IMG/VR virus record: IMGVR_UViG_3300017778_001218
Coordinates: 1-29,243 of that record
Length of the DNA stretch: 29,243 bases
Direction: 5' to 3' (one strand)
From: a virus
Taxonomy: Duplodnaviria; Caudoviricetes
Within the stretch, counting starts at the first letter, position 1; each line of letters begins with the position of its first letter. A model generated the notes under the pieces. That model searched no databases, was not told the origin of the DNA, and was given only the letters and a program-made list of their open reading frames with translations. This document shows, piece after piece, positions 16,208 through 24,367 of the stretch. Made by a program: the position numbers and the translations under genes.

Positions 16208-16803
16208 GCGATATGTCGGCAGTGATTATTCCAAAATCGGACCAAAAAAACGCCGATGATTTACTGGCCGGTCCACTGACCATCAAGATAACCAGCGTGA
16301 CAATTCGTCCTGGCACTGAACAGCCCATTTCCGTGTTCTTTGAAGGCGACGAAGGCAAGCCGTGGAAGCCGTGCAAATCGATGGCGCGTGTCATGGTCAC
16401 AGCATGGGGGGCTGACTCAAAGCAATACGTTGGGCGCTCCCTGACCCTGTACTGCGACAAGTCCGTGAAGTGGGGCGGCATGGAAGTTGGAGGTATCCGC
16501 ATCAGCCACATGTCAGACATTGATTCAACGCTCACGATGGCCCTGACTGCGACACGGGGCAACAAGAAGCCGTTCACGGTTAAGCCACTCAGGGTTGAAC
16601 CTGTCGAGGATTACGCTGGCGAACTGGCATCTGCAAAGACGCTAGAGCAGTTGGGCGCAATCTGGAAGGGCATCCCCAAGGAGTTAAAGCCGACACACGA
16701 AGCGGCCAAGGATGCGCGTAAGCTGGCATTGCAGGCACCAGTGGACTCGCAGCCTGCCGACGACTTCGCCGCCGAATATTCCGCCGCCGAGAAAACGATA
16801 TGA
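16204..16803 (+). CDS. Conserved phage protein, candidate ssDNA-binding/annealing partner of the exonuclease
   Basis: PKSDQ.NADD...KPCKSMARV...W...YVGR..TLY.D..VKWGG..VGGIRISHMS; acidic tail; coupled to YqaJ. Confidence 0.6.
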   Translation: MSDMSAVIIPKSDQKNADDLLAGPLTIKITSVTIRPGTEQPISVFFEGDEGKPWKPCKSMARVMVTAWGADSKQYVGRSLTLYCDKSVKWGGMEVGGIRISHMSDIDSTLTMALTATRGNKKPFTVKPLRVEPVEDYAGELASAKTLEQLGAIWKGIPKELKPTHEAAKDARKLALQAPVDSQPADDFAAEYSAAEKTI

Positions 16804-16846
16804 CCGCCCGCCTGCAATCCATCGCGGCGGCGAAGGAGGATGGGAA

Positions 16847-19066
16847 GTGAGCGACTACGCGGAGTTCCTAGCGCGCAAGGCCGCTGTTGACCCTGCTACC
16901 GGGCTGGATGTTGTCCCGGCATTGAATCCTGCGCTGTTCGACTTCCAGCGAGATATCGTCACATGGGCATTGCGCCGTGGCCGTGCTGCGATCTTCGCCG
17001 ACTGCGGGTTAGGCAAAACGCCGATGCAGTTGGAATGGGCGCGGCATGTTCCTGGCGAGGTCCTGATTCTTGCTCCGCTGGCCGTGTCGTCGCAGACCGT
17101 GCGCGAAGGGCAGAAGTTCGGCGTGCCGGTCTGCTATGCGCGCAGCGACGATCAAATAACCGAGCGCATCACGATCACGAATTACGAGATGCTCGATCAT
17201 TTTGACATTGGCCGGTTCAACGGAGTGGTGCTGGATGAAAGTTCGATTCTCAAAAGTTACACGGGCAAGATTCGTACACAAATCATTGATGGATTCGCCC
17301 AAACTCCGTTCCGGCTTGCTTGCACGGCGACGCCTGCGCCGAACGATTACATGGAGCTTGGCAACCATTCGCAGTTTCTCGGGGTGATGAGTTACACCGA
17401 AATGCTCTCCATGTTTTTCGTGCATGACGGCGGCGAGACTCAGAAATGGAGATTGAAGGGACACGCCGAGGCCGACTTCTGGAAATGGCTTTGCTCATGG
17501 GCCGTGATGATTCGCAAGCCATCCGACTTAGGATATGACGATGGCGATTTCACCTTGCCGGAAATGATTATGCATCAGGTCACGGTCAAGGTTGACGAGC
17601 CGACGAGCGGCTTTCTGTTTCCTGTCGAAGCGCAGACGTTGCAGGAAAGGCTTGGTGCGCGCAGGGATACGATTGAGGAACGTGTCCAGCATTGCGCCGC
17701 CGTGGTCAATGCGACCGATGAGCCATTCCTTGTATGGTGCAATCTGAACAGTGAAAGCGATGCGCTGCGTAAATCGATCACCGATGCTGTCGAAGTGAAA
17801 GGTTCAGATTCCAGCGAGCATAAGGAAAAATCGCTAATCGGATTCTCAGATGGGTCAATCCGCAGCCTAGTTACGAAACCGTCCATCGCTGGATTCGGCA
17901 TGAATTGGCAGCATTGCGCGAACATGGCATTCGTCGGGCTGTCGGATTCATACGAGCAGTTTTACCAGGCTGTTCGCCGGTGCTGGCGCTTCGGGCAAAA
18001 GAAGCCGGTCAACGTGTACGTCATCACGGCGGAGACTGAGGGCGCAGTCGTCCAGAACATCAAGCGCAAGGAATCGGAGGCAATGGCGATGGCTGAAAAC
18101 ATGGTGACGCACATGAAAGACCTGAACAAGGCCGCACTGGAAGGCGCGATGACGCGCAGCAAAGCCGACTACGTGCGGGACGTGAAGCAAGGCGAGGATT
18201 GGACGCTGCACCTTGCGGACTGCGTGGAGGTGGCACGCGAGCAGGCAGACGAGTCCATCGATTTCAGCGTTTATTCGCCGCCGTTCGCTTCGCTATACAC
18301 CTACTCGAACAGTGACCGCGACATGGGCAACTGCGCCGACGACGATGAATTTTTCGAGCAGTACCGCTTTCTGATCCGTGAGATTTACCGTGCCACGAAG
18401 CCGGGACGCCTGACCAGCTTTCACTGCATGAACATGCCGACCACGAAAACACACCACGGCCATATCGGCATTCGTGACTTTCGCGGGGATCTGATTCGGG
18501 CGCATCAGGCAGAGGGCTGGTTATACCATTCGGAAGTATGCATCTGGAAAGACCCGGTAACGGCGATGCAGCGCACCAAGGCTCTCGGGCTGCTGCATAA
18601 GCAACTGAAAAAGGATTCCTGCATGTCGCGGCAGGGCGTGCCTGATTACCTCGTGACCATGCGCAAGCCTGGGGACAACCCGCAGCGCGTCACGCACACG
18701 AACGAGACTTTCCCGGTGCAGGAGTGGCAGAAGATCGCCAGCCCGGTCTGGATGGATATCAACCCATCGGACACGCTGCAATTCCGCTCAGCACGCGAGC
18801 ATAACGACGAGCGGCACATTTGCCCGCTGCAATTGGAAGTTATCCGCCGCGCAATGCGCATGTGGTCAAATCCTGGCGACTTGGTATTCAGCCCGTTCAC
18901 CGGCATCGGTAGCGAGGGATTCATTGCCTTGCAGATGGGCCGCAAGTTTCTAGGGGCAGAATTGAAGCGCAGCTACTACGAGCAAGCCTGCCGCAATCTC
19001 AGCATGGCGAAATCGGAGCAGGGCGGATTATTCGCTGCCGCTGGTGACGAACCGGAGGCCGCTTAA
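16847..19066 (+). CDS. SNF2-like SF2 helicase fused to beta-class amino-DNA methyltransferase
   Basis: GLGKT, DESS, TATP, QAVRRCWRFGQ helicase motifs; SPPF motif IV followed by FSPFTGIGS motif I; GTG start after GGAGG. Confidence 0.92.
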   Translation: MSDYAEFLARKAAVDPATGLDVVPALNPALFDFQRDIVTWALRRGRAAIFADCGLGKTPMQLEWARHVPGEVLILAPLAVSSQTVREGQKFGVPVCYARSDDQITERITITNYEMLDHFDIGRFNGVVLDESSILKSYTGKIRTQIIDGFAQTPFRLACTATPAPNDYMELGNHSQFLGVMSYTEMLSMFFVHDGGETQKWRLKGHAEADFWKWLCSWAVMIRKPSDLGYDDGDFTLPEMIMHQVTVKVDEPTSGFLFPVEAQTLQERLGARRDTIEERVQHCAAVVNATDEPFLVWCNLNSESDALRKSITDAVEVKGSDSSEHKEKSLIGFSDGSIRSLVTKPSIAGFGMNWQHCANMAFVGLSDSYEQFYQAVRRCWRFGQKKPVNVYVITAETEGAVVQNIKRKESEAMAMAENMVTHMKDLNKAALEGAMTRSKADYVRDVKQGEDWTLHLADCVEVAREQADESIDFSVYSPPFASLYTYSNSDRDMGNCADDDEFFEQYRFLIREIYRATKPGRLTSFHCMNMPTTKTHHGHIGIRDFRGDLIRAHQAEGWLYHSEVCIWKDPVTAMQRTKALGLLHKQLKKDSCMSRQGVPDYLVTMRKPGDNPQRVTHTNETFPVQEWQKIASPVWMDINPSDTLQFRSAREHNDERHICPLQLEVIRRAMRMWSNPGDLVFSPFTGIGSEGFIALQMGRKFLGAELKRSYYEQACRNLSMAKSEQGGLFAAAGDEPEAA

Positions 19067-19068
19067 TC

Positions 19069-19275
19069 ATGGCTCGTTACGGCAACACGCATCGCGGTGG
19101 CGCTCCGTTCGGAGAATCGCACGCACGCGCAAGGCTGACCGATGCGCAGGTCCAAGAAATGCGCCGTGAATACTTGCCATATGTTCGCGGGTATCAATAC
19201 CTTGCCGGCAAGTTTCAATGCGGAGTCAGCACGGCGCGGGACATTTGCAACTACTTTACGAGGCCGGTCAAATGA
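19069..19275 (+). CDS. Stand-alone HTH protein resembling HNH endonuclease C-termini
   Basis: GESHARARLTDAQVQEMR...LAGKFQCGVSTARDI. Confidence 0.7.
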   Translation: MARYGNTHRGGAPFGESHARARLTDAQVQEMRREYLPYVRGYQYLAGKFQCGVSTARDICNYFTRPVK

Positions 19276-19445
19276 TACTCAGACACATGCAAGCGTTCGC
19301 AAAGTGGCACCGAGCCGAAGTCACGCAGGACAACTGGCAGCAAGCCTGGGCGATGGCATGGATGATAGCCGCTGCTCTTGGCGTGCTGCTGTGCCTGTTC
19401 GCGGGGCTGGTTGGGGCGGATTACATTTTTAATGTGGGAGGGTGA
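19272..19445 (+). CDS. Small membrane protein (57 aa)
   Basis: ATGA overlap; one hydrophobic C-terminal helix. Confidence 0.65.
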   Translation: MILRHMQAFAKWHRAEVTQDNWQQAWAMAWMIAAALGVLLCLFAGLVGADYIFNVGG

Positions 19446-19446
19446 G

Positions 19447-19881
19447 ATGACTGACTATCAGATGACCGCATTGCGTTTCCCGTGCTACTTCGCAACGGAG
19501 ACAGCGCATCCGCGATTCGCGCACCGCATTACTGGTGGCTCGCTTGTGATGACGATCAACAGCGGTTACGAATGAATAGAGTCAGGATTCGGCGGACCCG
19601 TGTGGCACGCCTCAGTAATGCTAATGCGAACTACCGGCGCAGAGGAAACGGCACGGCGCATGCTGGAAGGCGTTGGAGACTCAACGCTAGGCGAGTGGGT
19701 GACAAAAATGAATGCTGTTCATGTCAGGCGCAGGCTGTCAATTCAAGAGGCCATTGCGGCGGGGCTTGCGATGCGTGACTTGCGCAATACCGAAGAAGGG
19801 TCGGATCGGATGAAGAAACTATTACAGCAAGCTCCGGCACTCAAGGCGCATGCAATACAGATTGGAGAATGGGCATGCTAA
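19447..19881 (+). pseudogene. Hypothetical gene interrupted by an in-frame TGA at 19573-19575
   Basis: GGGAGG RBS, ATG 19447; the frame continues after TGA as IESGFGGPVWHAS... into track ORF 19600..19881. Confidence 0.6.
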
Positions 19882-20081
19882 CCGCATGGCTCAAACGAAA
19901 GCAGATCGCAAAGGTGGACGAGCACATCTACGTGCTAACCGACCAGCGGGACTCGGCAATCGCAGGGCTGGCGTTTTACGAGGCACGGCGCAGGCAGTTG
20001 CAGGCGGAACTGTTTGCGCAGGCTGATCCGCGTCAGATGATTGATGCAGCACTGCTCGCGCTCGACGCGGAAGGAGAGTGA
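19875..20081 (+). CDS. Hypothetical coiled-coil protein
   Basis: GGAG RBS spacing favours ATG 19875. Confidence 0.7.
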   Translation: MLTAWLKRKQIAKVDEHIYVLTDQRDSAIAGLAFYEARRRQLQAELFAQADPRQMIDAALLALDAEGE

Positions 20082-20082
20082 T

Positions 20083-20463
20083 ATGTGCATGATTCAGGAC
20101 TGCGACGGCTACTGGCAGATGTTCACGGACGAAACGCGGACCGCTCGAAAGGAACACAAATGTTCAGAGTGCCGCAGGGCGATTCAACCATGCGAGAAAT
20201 ACACCTACGAATCCGGCGTTTTTGAAGGCGATTTTCAAGTCAGCAAAACATGCGCGCATTGCAAAGTTGCGCGTGATTGGCTGATGGCCGAATGCAACGG
20301 ATGGATGTACACGATGGTGCGTGAAGATATCGAGGAACACTACGGCGAAGGTTACGGCGGGATGAAACTGGCGCGCATCGCTGTTGGCATGAAACGCAAG
20401 TGGAAACAGTTCCACCGCCCCGGCCTGCTGCCGATACCACAAATGCCGGAGGTGACGAAATGA
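20083..20463 (+). CDS. Zn-finger hypothetical phage protein
   Basis: ARKEHKCSEC...I..GE.Y-type motif and KTCAHC; AAGGAG RBS. Confidence 0.8.
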   Translation: MCMIQDCDGYWQMFTDETRTARKEHKCSECRRAIQPCEKYTYESGVFEGDFQVSKTCAHCKVARDWLMAECNGWMYTMVREDIEEHYGEGYGGMKLARIAVGMKRKWKQFHRPGLLPIPQMPEVTK

Positions 20464-20747
20464 CTGACCTGCGTGCCGCCGCGAGGGCGTTGGTTAAATA
20501 CGATGATGACACATGCGGAACTGGGCATCATTTTGATGAATTTATCGCAGCCCTCCGCGCCGCCCTGTCCGAGCCTGAGGGTGAGGGTGAGCCGGTGGCG
20601 TGGCTGATCGAATACAGAAGGAACGGGGATAGGCACCGCATCCAGCATCTGCACAATGCTGTTGGTGACTATCGCACGCTGGACCCGCAGGCCACGTCCA
20701 CGCCGCTGTGCAAGTGTGCCGCCCTGCGCGCCAAGGCGGGATCATGA
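20460..20747 (+). CDS. Hypothetical protein with EPVAW motif
   Basis: GGAGG RBS, ATGA overlap; ALRAAL...EPVAW typical of lambdoid ea/nin-region proteins. Confidence 0.7.
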   Translation: MTDLRAAARALVKYDDDTCGTGHHFDEFIAALRAALSEPEGEGEPVAWLIEYRRNGDRHRIQHLHNAVGDYRTLDPQATSTPLCKCAALRAKAGS

Positions 20748-21454
20748 CCGCCAGCGACACGCCACGCAGGTTTCAGCCAACTACTACAGGCTGCATGGTC
20801 ATAGACTCGGGCGGCGGGTATGTCTCTTTCCCTGAGTTTGCAGAACTGCAATCCAGTTTCGAGGATGCCGTGACCGCGAGAGAGGAAGCCGAACGCCAGC
20901 GCGACGAATGGAAGTTCTCCGCCGATATGATGCGCAAGATGCAGCCGTTGCCTGAAATACGTGAGGATGCGGCGCTGATAAGTCAGCGCGACGAGTACAA
21001 GGAGAAATACCTGCTCGCCACGGCGGATCACGCACGGCTCTGCGACCTCGTGTACGAGGATGACGGCGAAACACTGAAGCAGGATACGTTGGCGACAGCG
21101 CTCAAAGAGATACGCAAAGGCCAGCAACCATGCGACTACGCGCTGTGGCATGCGACTGAGAAGCGACTGGTTGGCATCGCGAATGATGCGCTTGCTGCGA
21201 TGTCCACTCCAGAGTACGAGTGCAAGGCGTGCGGCGCGACGGCAGACGCAAATGGCGTAGTGATCCACGGGAATGGCTGCTACGTAGAGCCTGCCGCCAC
21301 GATGGAAGAATGGCCGAGCGGCAAGACGGCGGTTATCGACGGGCGCGTGACGGTGACGCCAACTGACCTACCCTGCGGAACCCGCTGCCTCTGCCCACAC
21401 TGCTGCCGGGATGGCGGGTGCATGCGGGAGAGGGAGCCTGCGCTTGGAAGTTGA
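20744..21454 (+). CDS. Mosaic ead/Ea22-like hypothetical protein
   Basis: GGYVSF..FAEL, coiled coil, two Cys clusters; ATGA overlap. Confidence 0.65.
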   Translation: MTASDTPRRFQPTTTGCMVIDSGGGYVSFPEFAELQSSFEDAVTAREEAERQRDEWKFSADMMRKMQPLPEIREDAALISQRDEYKEKYLLATADHARLCDLVYEDDGETLKQDTLATALKEIRKGQQPCDYALWHATEKRLVGIANDALAAMSTPEYECKACGATADANGVVIHGNGCYVEPAATMEEWPSGKTAVIDGRVTVTPTDLPCGTRCLCPHCCRDGGCMREREPALGS

Positions 21455-21482
21455 TGGCTGCCGCGAAGATCAAGGAACTGGG

Positions 21483-21689
21483 ATGAGCGCCGACCTGCCA
21501 GACGACCTGATCGACAAGATCGACGAGCGCAAGCCGTTCCGCGTCAGGTGCGGCAAGTGCTCGCACAAGTGGATTGCCGCCTATACGCCGATGCAGATGG
21601 GTCCGATGGCAAAGGTTCTTAAAGCTATCCGCTGCCCGATGTGCGCGGAAACGGCGAGGAATATATTCGTGCTGACTGGGGAGAAATGA
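21483..21689 (+). CDS. Small Zn-ribbon protein (68 aa)
   Basis: CGKC.H.W and CPMC; AAGGA RBS. Confidence 0.7.
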   Translation: MSADLPDDLIDKIDERKPFRVRCGKCSHKWIAAYTPMQMGPMAKVLKAIRCPMCAETARNIFVLTGEK

Positions 21690-21711
21690 TGCAACGGGCA
21701 TGGGAGGCGCT

Positions 21712-22194
21712 GTGAACATAGACGAAATTAAACGCTTTTGCGCGGACGAAGATGAAACCCGTTTTTATCTTCACAAGCCGTGGACTCGCTATGGTTTTAC
21801 ATGGGCATCCAACGGTCACATCATGGTGCGCGCCCCTGCGATTGCGGAAGTTACTGACAGTCCTGGCGCACCTAATTGCATGTTGCTGTGGAACAAAACG
21901 ACCGCGCCGAAGGAATGGTTCGCTGTGCCTAAAACGACGATGCCAGCACCTATACCTTGTGAATGCTGCGCCGGAACCGGCAAGGACCCGGACGACCGCA
22001 GGTACAAATGCGACGAATGCGGCGGCGGCAAAACGCAGGAGGATTACCGATCCAGCATTGAAATCGGCGGAGAACACTTTGCGCGCCGATACCTTGCGCT
22101 GATTCAAGGATGGGAAATTGCGCCGAATGGCTTAGAGGGCGCATGGATTCTAGGCGGCGGGGCAGAGGGATTGCTCATGCCGATGCGCGGATGA
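21712..22194 (+). CDS. Single-domain beta-clamp-like protein with Zn-finger insertion
   Basis: D.TRFYL...ASNGH...GLLMPMR; CECCAGTG and CDECGGG inserts; GTG start after GGGAGG. Confidence 0.6.
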   Translation: MNIDEIKRFCADEDETRFYLHKPWTRYGFTWASNGHIMVRAPAIAEVTDSPGAPNCMLLWNKTTAPKEWFAVPKTTMPAPIPCECCAGTGKDPDDRRYKCDECGGGKTQEDYRSSIEIGGEHFARRYLALIQGWEIAPNGLEGAWILGGGAEGLLMPMRG

Positions 22195-22255
22195 ACCCTT
22201 GGAATCGCGAACTTTGGGGCGTGGTCGAGACTATGCAGATTGCGAAGGGGAGGAA

Positions 22256-22477
22256 ATGAAGGCCGTCATCGAATCCACGCTACTAGCCGTCGTGCTATTC
22301 CTCATCGTGGTCGCCTGCGCGGCAATCTGGCAGCGCATCACGGCGACGGACAAGATAACGCTGCAACGATCAGAATGGCGCTGCACCCTCTGGCGGCAGG
22401 TCGAAGGCATCGAGGCGCGCAGGTGCGTGACTTATCGCCGGATTGAGGTTGAACAGACGAAAGGGACTGGAACATGA
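22256..22477 (+). CDS. Small membrane-anchored protein (73 aa)
   Basis: N-terminal TM helix; L..SEWRCT...C..Y.R motif. Confidence 0.7.
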   Translation: MKAVIESTLLAVVLFLIVVACAAIWQRITATDKITLQRSEWRCTLWRQVEGIEARRCVTYRRIEVEQTKGTGT

Positions 22478-22489
22478 AAGGCGACCGCA

Positions 22490-22588
22490 TCACCGCACTT
22501 GAACGCAAGGTGGTAATAGCCAAGCTCGCAGTTCGCACCCCGCCTCATGCGAACTTACCCGAACATCTAGTTCTGATGCGGTTGCCAT
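22490..22588 (-). pseudogene. Truncated probable holin-like/lysis-associated gene (32 aa)
   Basis: MATASELDVRVSSHEAGCELR resembles recalled ...RL..HEAVC..RY...TM proteins; after CELR it runs into the antisense of a plus-strand ORF and lacks the TM helix. Confidence 0.5.
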
Positions 22589-22591
22589 TTA

Positions 22592-22945
22592 TCACATACC
22601 CTCGCCTGGGACGATGTAGACAGTCGCCGCTGCGGAGGCCAGACCACTAAAATAAGAGGTACGAGCAAAGCGCAAAACCTCAACTGCCCCAGGCACCAGC
22701 ACGATCGCTGGGCTCGGGTTTCCTGAGACCGGAGCAACAGCGTTTGCAGTAGCAGATGCCGCAGTCGTTCCAACGCCCAGAAACACCGTATAGACGCTGT
22801 CATTGATAATTCGATACTGGCCTGTACCCTGCGCATCGAGGCGAGCATTAACAAGCGCTTGAACTCCAGCAGGTGCAACCGCTGCCGCCGGTACGACTGC
22901 GGTTTCGCCAAGTGGGGCAAATGCAATTTGTGAATTGGTGGACAT
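22592..22945 (-). CDS. Small virion-associated protein (117 aa)
   Basis: AAGGA RBS; YIVPGEGM C-terminus (Y.TPG.G type) seen in small beta-rich structural proteins. Confidence 0.7.
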   Translation of the reverse strand: MSTNSQIAFAPLGETAVVPAAAVAPAGVQALVNARLDAQGTGQYRIINDSVYTVFLGVGTTAASATANAVAPVSGNPSPAIVLVPGAVEVLRFARTSYFSGLASAAATVYIVPGEGM

Positions 22946-22946
22946 T

Positions 22947-23033
22947 TCAGATTCCTTTCACAGCGGTGGCTGCTTTGTATTCCGCAACTACTGCGGCGAT
23001 TCGATCAATAATCGCAACTTTTTCCAAACCCAT
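22947..23033 (-). pseudogene. 28-aa internally deleted remnant of a tail-fibre-associated small protein
   Basis: GGAG RBS; MGLEKVAIIDRI|AAVVAEYKAATAVKGI matches the two ends of a recalled ~80-aa family. Confidence 0.55.
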
Positions 23034-23061
23034 TTGGATCTCCAATTAAAAATAGACTATG

Positions 23062-24342
23062 TTAAACAATACTGACCCACGCACCAGCCTCAAAGATTTG
23101 CATCTTGTTTAAGGTTGAGTCATACAACATCATTCCGTTCGTGCCGGTAAGCGCGTTTTTTTGAACTGTTGTCAAACGAGGAAAGCATGGCACGCGGGTG
23201 GTGCTGACCATGTCAAAACTACAAGAAACACCACCGGAAACTAATCCATTAACCCCGCCAACAATAATCGTTCCATCGTCACCAGTTTGCATCAAGATCG
23301 AGCCGCGTGAACCTGACCCTGTTTTTTCTCCACCGTTTATATTTACAACTCCTCCACCGCCGTTTGTGCCTCCAGCACCACCACCAAGCAAAGAAAGCGC
23401 GCCGCCAGACTGTCCTGGACCGGGGCCTCCTGCTCCGGCAGAAATGTTTAGCTCTCGGCCAGCAGCGTTATTGATTCTTGGCGAACGTCTAAAAGTGTTT
23501 CCCACGTTGAATGAACTGGACAATCCTACGTCTATGATTACATTGTTAGCGCCATAATCTTCATATGTAATCGTTGACGAATTGAGCTGAATAAAGTTTC
23601 TGATGGAGGTATCAGAAAGTTTTAAGTCGAATCCGGTATTTGATTCTAAGTACAGATTTACAAAACAACTGCCAATTCCTTCAAGCAACATCCCGCCGCC
23701 AGCGTTTTGTTCGCAGTTGATATTCTGCCCGTACATATAGCCGTTGTTTGCATTGCCTTGCTGCTTAAACCCCATGCCAGTATTTGATACACAACTGATA
23801 TTCTCAAAAGAATTTATGTTCTGCGCTCCGCCTACGCTGTCATCTATCTTGACGCCATCTGTCCCGTTGGTAGTAGATATGATATTTCGGAATCTATTTT
23901 GAAATGATCCGGCAGTGGCCCCAGTAGTTCTGAACAACAGACCGGCGCCGGCATGGTTAAATAAAAATAAGTTTTGTATTGTGTTGTAACTAGTGTCCTG
24001 AACAAGCAATCCACTGCCACCGTTGCCAGTATCGCCATTAATACGAAAACCATCATAAACGGCAGACGTGGTAATTTTTACACCGTCAAAGTTGCCGCGC
24101 TTGAGAAGCGTGGTTAGTTCCGGTTCTCCTCTTACGCCGATTCCTAAATTCCACACTAACTGCGATGTAAATAGGTATGTACCAGAATTGATATATAACC
24201 CAACTTGAGCCGCGCCAGCCGCAGCATAAGCGGCATTTAGCGCCGCTGTATCGTCAGTAACTCCATCGCCAGTAGCGCCAAAATCCTGGGCATTCAAAAA
24301 CTGCCCATTCATCATCGTTGAAGTAACTTTAGTGAGAGACAT
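23062..24342 (-). CDS. Tailspike-like receptor-binding protein (pectate-lyase-3/beta-helix)
   Basis: NAQDFGATGDGVTDDTAALNAA...GTYL; Asn/Gly-rich beta-helix repeats; visibly AT-richer. Confidence 0.85.
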   Translation of the reverse strand: MSLTKVTSTMMNGQFLNAQDFGATGDGVTDDTAALNAAYAAAGAAQVGLYINSGTYLFTSQLVWNLGIGVRGEPELTTLLKRGNFDGVKITTSAVYDGFRINGDTGNGGSGLLVQDTSYNTIQNLFLFNHAGAGLLFRTTGATAGSFQNRFRNIISTTNGTDGVKIDDSVGGAQNINSFENISCVSNTGMGFKQQGNANNGYMYGQNINCEQNAGGGMLLEGIGSCFVNLYLESNTGFDLKLSDTSIRNFIQLNSSTITYEDYGANNVIIDVGLSSSFNVGNTFRRSPRINNAAGRELNISAGAGGPGPGQSGGALSLLGGGAGGTNGGGGVVNINGGEKTGSGSRGSILMQTGDDGTIIVGGVNGLVSGGVSCSFDMVSTTRVPCFPRLTTVQKNALTGTNGMMLYDSTLNKMQIFEAGAWVSIV

Positions 24343-24367
24343 TTTTAATCCTTAGACATGCTACTGT

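Noticed and set aside
7196-19066. Track start sites for terL (8761), DUF3987 (14075) and helicase-MTase (16712)
   Set aside because: N-terminal extensions overlap upstream genes; downstream starts have better RBS or coupling
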